This document shows positions 22,180-32,488 of a stretch of DNA of 64,000 nt, piece after piece (position 1 is the stretch's first letter; the number at the start of each line of letters is the position of its first letter). The position numbers and the translations under genes were made by a program. A model generated the notes under the pieces. The model saw only the letters and a list, made by a program, of their open reading frames with translations. It was not told the origin of the DNA and did no database searches. The stretch comes from Lepidodermella squamata. Lineage: Eukaryota; Animalia; Gastrotricha. The stretch lies in NCBI GenBank assembly GCA_047495785.1, contig JBLDXI010000042.1, forward strand, positions 3,100,001 through 3,164,000. The letters run 5' to 3'.

Positions 22180-23545
22180 ATTTTATCGGATTCTACTTGC
22201 ACTATAGGAAAAACCAATCATCCTGATTAAAAGGTCCAATTGACGGGCACTTCTAACTTGATCGGAGCGTGTATTATGTTCCTATTCCGCGGATTTTCGA
22301 ACATTATCTAAATTGATGGTTAAGATTCCGCTAAAAACTCACTAATCACAACTTTGATAATTGGATAATTATTCTAATACAAGAGTATTGCGTTTTAATG
22401 CATTATCCTGTCTTTGAAAATTCCTCTGAAACATGTTCAACTCGTTAATAGTTCTGAGAACCGCGAAACAAGTTTTTCCATCAAGAATCAGCGTGAAAAG
22501 TAGTTGTGGTTAGCAAACTGCGCGCGATTATCTAAGGAATTGAACGAGGGGTGAGAAGTGTTGATATTTTATCAAATTAAGATTAAACTTTAATAACCAA
22601 GAGCAGCACTTTTCTGCATGTGCGCGCTCACGTGTGAATGCGTAGTAGAGTATGCGCCTGCCCCTTGTAGGATTGTCAGAATCAGGCAGCAGGGGGTCGT
22701 GCGTAGCTAAATTTATCAGCCCTCTTGGTATCAACTTCGCGCCAAAACACACCCGTGCTCGCTTTTTTCAAGTAAATTTATCAAATTTTATCGCGCTGAT
22801 TCCGAATAAAATTAGACTCTAATAAACATTTACTAAATGTTTCTAAAAAAATGTGGTGTGGATTGTCATGTGGCTTCTCTGGTTGAACTAGATGGAGCGG
22901 AAATTCTAAAAGAGAAAGGATAAAATCCGGTATATTGAGCAATTTTATCGGATTGCTTGCTCCAGTAAAAACCAATCATCCTGATTAGAGCACTTCTAAC
23001 TTGATCGGAGAATGTATTGTGTTCCTTTTCGCGGATTTTCGAACATTATCTGAATTGAGGTCCGCTAAGAACTCAGTGATCACAATTTGATAATTTGAAA
23101 TTATTCCAATATATAGGTAGGAGTGATTGCCGCTATGCGTTCTAATGCACTGTCCTGTCTTTGAACTAGAAAAAATTGCATGTTAAATGGGGCGGTACTC
23201 CTTACTAGTTTTGAGAACTGCGAAACTATTTCTCCATCATTAATCAGCGTGAGAAGTAGCCATAGCTAGCAGCATAGACTGCACGCGATTCTCTAAGGAG
23301 TTGAACGAGGGGTTTGAAGAGTTGATATTCTATCGAATTAAGATTAAAATTTATCAGCTATTTTGAAATCTTCGCGCCAAAACACGCCCGCGCTTGTCTT
23401 CAAGTAACAAAAACGTGGGTAAATATAGCAAATCATATAGCGCTGATTCCAGATATTTCTAAAATTAGACTTGTTGTGTAAGATTCTAAACAACTTGTGT
23501 GGATTGTCAAGAGGCTTCTTTGGTTGAACTAGAGAGAGCCGGCAA
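22180..23545. repeat. Diverged tandem duplication, two copies of a ~0.65-0.75 kb non-coding unit
   Basis: Shared blocks aaaaaccaatcatcctgatta, gcacttctaacttgatcggag, gcggattttcgaacattatc, ttcgcgccaaaacac and gtggattgtca..ggttgaactaga recur at about 22.2-22.9 kb and 22.94-23.54 kb. Confidence 0.85.
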
Positions 23546-23910
23546 GTCTATAGGAGGAACAAAATCCCATTTATTGACTATTGACCTATATGATTGTCTT
23601 CGAAAGTGTATGGGAAATGAGTGGGAAAGTACTTTCAACTCTAATTGAGTTAACCTTTCCATTCTGATTGCTCTTAGAGGGAAGTTTTCTATCCCTGCAC
23701 ATTTCAAAAATTAAAATGTATACCGATGTGACGCATGTGATTTTTATCGGGGTTTCCATTTGTTAAATGAAGAAAACATGTTTCCACGCAAACATGAGCG
23801 GATTTGTCCCAATGCTCTCAATAGAAAGGAAAACACGAATCAGAATTTTATTGATACATCAGACAGTAATGCATCATCGGTCTTGAGAGCAAAAAATCAG
23901 CAGTCATCAA

Positions 23911-24926
23911 TCAGCCATTCATAAGAAGCAGTCCTACTAAATTCGCTATTACGAGAAGAAATGATATCGCGTAGTCGTTCGAGTGTATCGAATTAGACTT
24001 GGAAAACGTCGAACATGTTAATTTTGAATTGCAGCCATCCGAGCAGCACGTGCAGTAGTAGACGTAAAGGCCATTCAAAATCCGCCCACCGCTGTTCCAA
24101 TAGCCCTCGAAACCGCCGTCGGTACAAGTGTAGCGTTGAGTGCCTAAATAGCCCCAACTGTTCCACGTCGCCCAGCCGCCTAATAACGAAGCTGTTATGT
24201 TAGGGTTATTCACTAAGGCTAGGGTGTTTGGTGTGGTTGTCGCGTTATAACCGCCCGCGGTTAACCACGCCGTCCAGATTGACCAGACGCTCGACCAAGA
24301 GTCGGTCCAAGAGCCGCGCCAAGCTCCGTTCATCACGTCCAAATTGCTCCACGCCCATGAAGTACTGCCCCAGTAGGACCAGGACTGCTCGCTCCAAGTG
24401 GGTGACCAAGCGATGGGTTGAAGCTGGGCGCTCCAAGCTAGGGCCCATGCGACGCTCCACGATGGGTTTGTCTCGGCGGGTGTCCACGGGGTGGTTTTTG
24501 CTGCCGAGTTCCAGGTGCTGATTTGACCGGTGTACCACCATGACCAGGACGGGGTGTAGGAGCCAAAGTCGGAAAAGCCTTGGCAGTCCCAAAAATATGT
24601 CGCAATGCCACCCTGAATCGGCTCGACTTTTCCTCTCTGAATAAAGATGAATCATTTTGGAATTTAAAAATGTGGAATTTAATAAATTTACTATACAGCC
24701 AGCAGCATTTGCGCAGGTTACTAATGTTGCTGATGTCGGTATTTCGGAAGTTGCGCTAATTGCTTGATAGCAATAATTTGCTGTTATCGGATGAAAAAAA
24801 TTACCGTAATACTTTATTTGCAAAATTAATTATCTCACCTTGAATGACTGAAGGTTTGAAAATGAACAGAATCAGCATGAAGTAATGCTGTAAACAGCTG
24901 GGAATTCTACATTTTATCGACAACAT
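23911..24926 (-). CDS. Ly6/three-finger GPI-type protein with a 152-aa Trp-rich insert
   Basis: Exons 24926-24839, 24780-24692 and 24636-23911. Motifs NYCY, C..GC, WDC, CTDGGFEGY and CTCCSDGCN..C, followed by a hydrophobic tail. Confidence 0.8.
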
Positions 24927-25440
24927 ATTCCCTAATTTCTGAGGAGAAATTAAATGATTAATGTCCCATAAGTAACGCAAATCAAGGAAAGGGATCAAAA
25001 GCTCTAAAATGAGATAGGAATTGTAAGAAAGATCTTAGAGAAATCTAAAATGCCCTCGGTATAGTAATTAAGAATGTCTCCTGCGAATGGGATTAAAAAC
25101 ATCCGAAGAAATTTGATCCAACCAGGTAAAAACCGAAAAATTACCGAACCAGATACCATCGGGGTATTCGAGGTTTCCTCCGGTACATTAATAATTTCTT
25201 CTGTAAAATCGGGCATAAAGAATGGAAGATTCCCCCGAATTGAAATAATTAAATAATTTCCTAAAAAATCAATATATTAATTTTCCAAAAATTTGACAAA
25301 AAATTAATTGCGATTTTTCATACATTTTCTGATAAATGCAGGTAAGTTTATGTATGTCATAGACTTCCGGGTGCTTACTCGCAGAAATCACGGTCATATT
25401 TATCATGAGGATTTTTAAATATCCGGCATGGCTTCAATAA

Positions 25441-25496
25441 GTATGGCTAAAGTATGTAAAGCTAAAGTAAAGCTAAAGTAAAGCTAAAGTATGGCT
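25441..25496. repeat. Short tandem repeat of an 11-bp unit (gctaaagtaaa)
   Basis: About four imperfect copies are directly visible. Confidence 0.7.
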
Positions 25497-26321
25497 TCAT
25501 CTTGGCTAATTTTAAAATAAATATATCACGTGACTCCATTTCACAGGCTTTTGCAGCAGCTAAAAGGTGCGATAAACAATAGCTCAAGGCGACGTCCGGT
25601 TTCCGTCACAATTCATAAAAATTAATCGCTTTCAACTATGCAAGTGTCTACAAACTAGTTGAATAAAATCTATATATTGCCTGGCTGTATTTTTGAGCTT
25701 ATAATTCAATCTTTTCCTTTCATTCCGGCTATGAATAGCCACTTTTGATTGTAATAACTGGCTTGCTATTTTTCATCTCATGTAAAAAGATGCAGCAAGC
25801 AGATCAATGCCGGTGCGACTCGTTGCTAAGGGCGTGCGTAAAATACAAGAAATTGTTCATAAATCCTTACCTGGAACGTCGCTCAGCAACCCGAATGACT
25901 TTTTATGAAAAAAATCGGAAATCGGAAATGTTATCGATAACGATAAAAAGAAAAAAATGCGCAATTTTTCGATATTTTTTTATTCTCGTATTTTCTCTCC
26001 TCTTTGATTAATATATAAATTTCAATAAAAGCGAAAAAAATTGTTATTGAAAATCTTTGTTACAAGATAACGTGGCTTTATAGAATGGAATAAACTAGTA
26101 TCGCACAAGAAGATTGCAGTGAGTTTTTTCCGACAAAAAATTAAGCAAGACACGTAAAAACGGCTTTTGATCATAGTTCTCGAGAGGAATCAAGACGTTG
26201 ACATGACTTGATATGATAATAAAAATAAGCTAGGGCTCAAAATGACAGAAATGCGTGTAATTCATTTTTTTGAGATTTTTTATAACCTATTTACAGCGCG
26301 GATAATGCAATGCGATTTGTG

Positions 26322-27114
26322 TTATGCGTTGAGAACAGAGACAAGAGCGAAAGCGAGCAGCAAGCCGAACGAGGATGACAAGGTAGCAGCGCCGTTGAAA
26401 GTTTTGCATCGCGAATCGCGGTTGCAGTAGTCGGAACAGCACACGCACATGTACGCGTTGGCTGATAGCGAATTCGAATAGCCTTCGAAGCTGCCCTCGA
26501 CGCATAAATTAGCCGCTGTGTTGTAGAACGGCCCGGCGGGTGGCGCTATGGCGGCGCCCCAGGCAGCCCATGGGTAGCTTGTCCAGGTATTTTGGCCAGC
26601 CCATTGGCTGAAGGTGCCGGCTGCCCAGGCTGGGGCGCCCCAGTTCTGCCAGTTGGACCACGTCGACCAGGGATTGCCGCTCCACGATGCGACAACTGGA
26701 GCGCCGCCCCAGCCGCCCCACGCACTGGGCGCCGCACCCCAGGAACCCCACGCGCCCGGGTAGACACCCTGCGCAACCATTCCAGTGCTACCGGTCATGC
26801 AGCCCCAAATCCAAATTGTCCCACTTTGGCCGTTTGTGTACGCATATTTTCCTCTCTAAAAAATATGTCATAAAAAATTATATTTAATTAATTTGAATAA
26901 ATTACCACACAAGCTGTGCAATTCGGTGCCATTTGGTACTGGCCAGCCTGGGGGAAGTTTGCATCTGAAGCCGATCCGACGTAGCATATGTAGGCTGAAA
27001 AAAATATTGAATATTTCTATCGAAATTTTATCGAAAATTCTTACCTTGAGCTGTTGTGAAGAAGATTAAGCTTATAGCAGAAAAAGTCAAGGTTATCCGT
27101 GTTTTAGCGGTCAT
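26322..27114 (-). CDS. Ly6/three-finger GPI-type protein with a 98-aa Trp/Gly/Ala-rich insert
   Basis: Exons 27114-27045, 26994-26906 and 26855-26322, with the same intron phases as the 24-kb paralog. Motifs ICY, CTAC, WGC, CVEGSFEGY and CVCCSDYCN..C. Confidence 0.82.
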
Positions 27115-29493
27115 GCTGATAAAATGTAAAATTGTGATGAATGGGCGCTATGCCTTCTTTCAATGTATGCAAGAAATTTTTACCTAAGTAAACTAAATAA
27201 TAATAGAAACGAGAGCGTGAATAGCCGGGCAATATATATATTAACATTCAATAGTGATTGCGCCTTTTATTTTTACACGTAATATATAATATAAATTCGC
27301 GCTTGTTTGTTCATCGGGAGAAAAGGTGGCCGAAATAGTTTTGGGCCGAGAGAGGCAATAGGTTTTCCTACTCTTGAACCGATACACATTTTATATACAA
27401 TATATAAAAACGGCCTATTATATTGCAATTTATCGTTATATATATTAAGGGTAAAAAAATTTGAAAATTTTTGCCGTTAGCGCGCAAGGGCAAAATGTCC
27501 GCTATTTAAAGCCTAGCGAATAACCATAGTGCCGCGGTTTCAGTTGTGACAGCCGAAGCCTTGGCGACGCTGCAAGTCAATATGCAACTGTAGTATAGCC
27601 TGGTTCTTGGATTGAAATATAAATATTGCGCTTGCTTAGGCAACGCGGCGCGTGATTGTAAAAAGATGACGAATTCTTGAACACATTTCTGCCAGGAAAC
27701 AACTCGACATTGAGTTGCTAAGGCCGCCTAAAACCCGCTGCTGGTCATTATTCAGCAGTTTATAGCGCGTCTCGAGAGAAATCATTTTTTATTACATACT
27801 AGTATAGAAAAAATCGAAACAGTTATATGAAAAAAACTTGGCTGCTTTAGTATTTTGGCCTATTTCTCAGCCTTTTCCGTATAAATGCAGCAAACAAGTG
27901 GTTGTTTACGTTCGGCATTTTTTGTCACCCTGCACAGGCGGTGCGGGAAGTGTAATAAATAAAGACAATAGCGTCGCGTTATATTGTGTCGGTTTTTTTA
28001 TTGTCTGATTACTTATACCGTCGAGACGGATGCAGCCTGAGCAAGTGCTCCTGGATGTGGGCGGCGAAAAAAAAATAGATAATCATATAAACGCTTTTTA
28101 AGTGGAAGTGCCTCGGTAAACATCTTGAGCGCATGTGGCTGACTTGGTTTTACCCGTTTTCGTCCACACCTCTCGCAGACATCTGTAACATGAGTTGCAC
28201 TTGCGATGGTTTAACGTAAATTGGCGGCGAGCTGCAGGTTTCTGTTTTTGAGTACGAAGACACGCGCCCCGGAAGTAGAGCAAATGACCTGCATCGGTTA
28301 GCATAAAAAATACACTGATAGGGCTAGATGCAATTTATTGTTCATGGTATTAATCTGGCCAGCTGTTAACTCTCAGATATGAAGGTGGGGTTTGTTGTCG
28401 GCTCGTGATTCAACCGTTGCATGAGGCCATCGGTTTGTTGTAGGTAGTCGTCAAGCGTGGCGACCAGCGCGAGACCTTCCTGAGTGGCCTGTAAACAACA
28501 AAAAATTTGCATCATAAATCCTCAAGTATTCGCGCACTCCTTGTAGGTACTTACTTTTTCGAAATCGGCAACAGATCCCTATACTCGGACTTTTCCGCCA
28601 AATCTCGTATGCCATTCTTCATCCCTGCCCAGAAATGTTTAAGATTCTCAGAAAGCCATTTCTAGCTCGTTTTAGCTCCGCTTCAACATACCTGCGACGT
28701 CTAAATTACAAAGGTGGCAAGCTCGATGACTCGCTGCTTTTCTCCCCACCTAGGGCTGACCTTAGCGGCGAATTCGTTGGTCTAGCATTCTGCGCTCTCT
28801 ACAAGACAGCGCAGGCCTTCGAAGCTGTTTCAGGAGTGTCTGCTGAACCCGTCTTCTGAACCCGTCGCATGCGTTGTGTTGGAAAATTAATGACAATTCG
28901 TTCTTGACTCAGACTGATCCATGAAAGTTTGGTTCGGGAAATCGCCACCATTCGCTTCCTGTGAGCCTTCAAAATGACTCATTAAGGCTTCTAATAGATA
29001 TTAGTAGTAGCCACGAGGTAAAAACTATGCGCGACTTCTTTGGTTTAGAAACTGTTTGGGATAATGCGAAGTTTTTAGTTTGCTTAGTGCCAGGATAGAA
29101 GAACATTGAAATTGAAAAGAAGAAAACTAGATCGTGCTATTCAAAATGAAAAACGAACATCTACGAAATGAGTGCAACAATAATTTTCCTAAATTTTTAC
29201 GGAAGTTATTGACCTTAGTCAAACACTATAACCACCTGCTCCGATTTGCGTCACGCATAGCCGACGGCCCAGGGAACTTGCCAGACACGCCTGATTTGCC
29301 GCTGAAAACAACAGATGAACAAACAGTGATTGCAGTCATGTGATGTAGCGAAATCAACATACTGGTTCAAACAGATGATCACACAAACAAGTGAAAAACA
29401 TTGGGTTGAGTTCAGGTTTCAGGCTATAAATACGGCGGGAAAAAGCGGTATCCATCACAGATTAAATATATTTAACAATCACCTCCTAAGAAA

Positions 29494-29839
29494 ATGTTCC
29501 TCAAACTAGCTCTAATCGCCGGCTGTTTCATCGGTCTTTCTATGGCAGCATGTAAGAGATAACTGCGATATTGCCGACTTGATGTGCATTTTCCCTTTCA
29601 TTTCAGCTCTGGACCAATTCAAGGCGTCAACTGTTACTATGGGAAACCAGTTGCTCTTTGTCAAATTCGGTGTTACCAGCGCAGAAGCTTGTGCGGCTGT
29701 GTGCTTGTCAACCCAGTACAATATGATGTGCAAGGGCATTGGGTGGGATTCGCAAGCCAACCTTTGCCAGCTTTACATGGCTATTGCTAAATCCACCACC
29801 GCGCCAGCTTCCTACATGCATTATTACTACCGTGGATAG
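29494..29839 (+). CDS. Small secreted PAN/apple-domain protein, paralog 2 (96 aa)
   Basis: Exons 29494-29551 and 29607-29839; TATAAAT near 29425; same 4-Cys pattern as paralog 1. Confidence 0.82.
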
Positions 29840-30415
29840 TCAGGATATTGAGGACTTCATTTTCAATGATCAAGTCGCAACATCACTGATAACATTAAGC
29901 AAGCCTTGATATTATGCATTACGACAAATGCACTCCGAGAAGCGTTTGCTGTACAAGGGTGTTTTTAGTCAAATAAAAGGGAAGGGTTTCGAAACTTTCG
30001 GGCGACATTTTCTCTGCACTAATCGTTTGTGAGTGATTTCGAGACAATTAGTTAAGGGCTGAATTCAGCCCAGCTCTTCCATCACCTCATCGGAACCAGG
30101 AAAGAGGCTCATGCTACGATATTTTCTTATGGTTGGTTGACAGCCTTCACGCGAATCATACCCGGCCCGGTTTGGATTCGCCGCCGCAGGGTGTTCTGGC
30201 CTCCAATAGTGGGGTATTTCAAAATAGCACAATCGGCTGATTTTAGCGTTTCCCTGAGCGCATTTCTTCAAACTGTGTTCCACTTTCACGGCAGACTATT
30301 CGGGACAATATTCGGTGTGATTGGGTATGATACTTCTTTTAAAATTTATATCTTTCCCGATATAAAAGTTACTCGTATCTCGTATGCCATTCTTCATCCG
30401 TGCCCAGAAATACTT

Positions 30416-30512
30416 AAGATTTATTTATTTATTTTATTTAAAGAGCCATAACGCCCAGAAGAGGACAGCTCAGACAAGTGATCAATAGAAAAGTAAAGAC
30501 AACAACAAGATT
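30416..30512 (-). mobile_element. Short 5'-truncated retroelement-like insertion
   Basis: 85 bp present in duplicate unit 2 and absent from unit 1. It is flanked by an AAGATT direct repeat (30416-30421, 30507-30512) and has a (TAAA)n-like tail on the - strand. Confidence 0.65.
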
Positions 30513-31345
30513 CTCAGCAAACCTTTTCCAGCTCGTTTTAGCTCCGCTTCAACTTACCTGCGACGTCTAAAACACAAAGGTGGCAAGCTGCCTTTCTTCC
30601 ACACTCACGGGCCGACCTTAGCTGGGGGCGGTGAATTCGTCTGGGCAACTGAACTATGGCAACTAGGGGCTGCTGAACCCGTCCATGAGACGTAGGTACG
30701 TCTCATGAACCCGTCGCGCCTGTTGTGTTGGCTGCGGTGAACATTGGTGGCGATTCGTTCTTGACTCACACTGATCCATGAGAGTTTGATTCGCGGAAAT
30801 CCCAACCATTCGATATGACTCATCAAGGCTTCTAATAATAGATATTAGTTGTCAAAAGGTGACAGCTATGTTAGGCGCAGCTTCTTTGGTTTAGAAACTG
30901 TTAGGGAAAATGCTAAGTGCTATCTTTGCCAGATTTATTGTATCGTGTTAGCTTCAGTTGAAAAAAAGAAAACTAACGCGTGCTCTTCAAAACGAAAAAC
31001 GAAAATCTACGGGATGAGCGCGACGAGAATTTTTCGAAACTAACGGAAGTTTTATTGACCGTAGTCAAACACTAATCACCTGCTCCGATTTGCGTAACGC
31101 ATAGTCGTCTTGCCAGGGAGCTTGCCAGAAACGCCTTATTAGCTGAAAACAACAGATGAACAAGTAGCGATTCCTGTCGTGAAATATATACATATCGAAA
31201 TGATCATACTCGTTCAAACAGGTGATCAAATAAACCGCAGTGAACAACATTCCGCTGAGTTCACGTTTCTGGCTTTAAATACGGCGGGAATACGGTGCTC
31301 TCCATCGCAAATCAAATATTTTCGGTAATTAAAGCCTAATAAAAA

Positions 31346-31709
31346 ATGTTCTGCAAACTAGCTCTAATCGCCGGCTGTTTCATCGGCCTTTCTATGTCCT
31401 TCGGCCTTCAGGCTGCAAAATGTAAGAGATAACTATGATATTGCCAAATTGATGTGCATTCTTCCTTTCATTTCAGCTCTGGACCAATTCAAGGCGTCAA
31501 ATGTTACTCTGGGAAACCAGTTCCTCTACATAAAAGCCGCCGTTTTCAGCGTGGAATCTTGCGCGTCTGAGTGCTTGTCATTCCAGTACAACATGCTGTG
31601 CAAGGGGATTGGGTTTGATTCGCAAACCTTCATTTGCTATCTTTACATGTCCGTTGCTAAATCCACCACCGCGGCAGCTTCAAATATGCAATATTACTAC
31701 CGAGGTTAG
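31346..31709 (+). CDS. Small secreted PAN/apple-domain protein, paralog 3 (102 aa)
   Basis: Exons 31346-31421 and 31477-31709; six extra codons at the end of the signal-peptide exon. Confidence 0.8.
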
Positions 31710-32488
31710 TAAAGATATTGAGGATTTGATTTTCAATAATCAAGTCGCTAAACTGAAAACTTAAGCAAGCCTTGATATGATGCATTGAAAGAAATGCAAT
31801 CCGAGAAGAGATTCCTGTGTCAGGTTGCTATGCTATTTTGTCGAATAAAATCCTTAACCCGAATACTCGGGCGACATTTTCGCTACATGAATCGTGTGGG
31901 ACTGATTTCAAGACATTTCAGTTACACGCCTGAATTCAGCCACGCTCCTCCAACATCTCAGCGCTCAGGCGACTTTAGTCTCTTATGTGCTCATCTAGCC
32001 CCGGTTGAGTGCTTTCACGTGGTTTGGATTCTCCATCAGGGCGCCATGGGCTAAGGGTGAGGTTAGAAATAGCACAATTGGCTGATTCCAGCGTTCCATC
32101 CACCCTGAGCGCATGTTTTCAATCTGTGTTTAACTTTCACAGCAGACCCTTCGGGACAATGGCTAATGAGTTCGTGGCGCTTTCTTATCGTTTGGGGGTT
32201 TCAACTTTTTCCATGTTCCGTGGCCTACAATTTCTGACTTTTCCTGAGATTTTTCTGGAAGGGAGCGCACAAGAGAAAGCGCATCAAATTTAATTAGCTT
32301 CAAACAGACGTCAAACTTAACGGTCTAATTTCCGCAGAACAAGATGCACGCATTTGACATATGGAATTTTTCGTTTTTATTCAAATTTTAACAAGGGCGA
32401 TTCAAATAAGGAGAGTTTAACAACAGATAAAAACAAGATAGAATGCGCATATTAGATTTTCGCTTAGTTTTTTTTCTTGTTGCGATTT

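Larger units (their letters stand above)
28605..32160 (+). repeat. Tandem segmental duplication (two units of ~1.7-1.8 kb), each carrying a PAN gene
   Basis: Both units (about 28605-30309 and 30378-32160) begin tctcgtatgccattcttcatcc, end ttcgggacaat and are colinear in between. Confidence 0.88.

Noticed and set aside
22180-23545. Tandem repeat considered as a CRISPR-like array or coding duplication
   Set aside because: Only two long diverged units, with no repeat-spacer structure and no conserved reading frame.
24245-24823. 192-aa ORF-track frame over the Ly6 gene, and similar GC-rich frames at 26509-26887
   Set aside because: These are alternative or antisense frames. The spliced Trp-rich frame preserves the Cys scaffold shared with the paralogs.
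30065-30289. 74-aa minus-strand ORF in PAN duplication unit 1
   Set aside because: The frame is not preserved in unit 2 (indels and stops).
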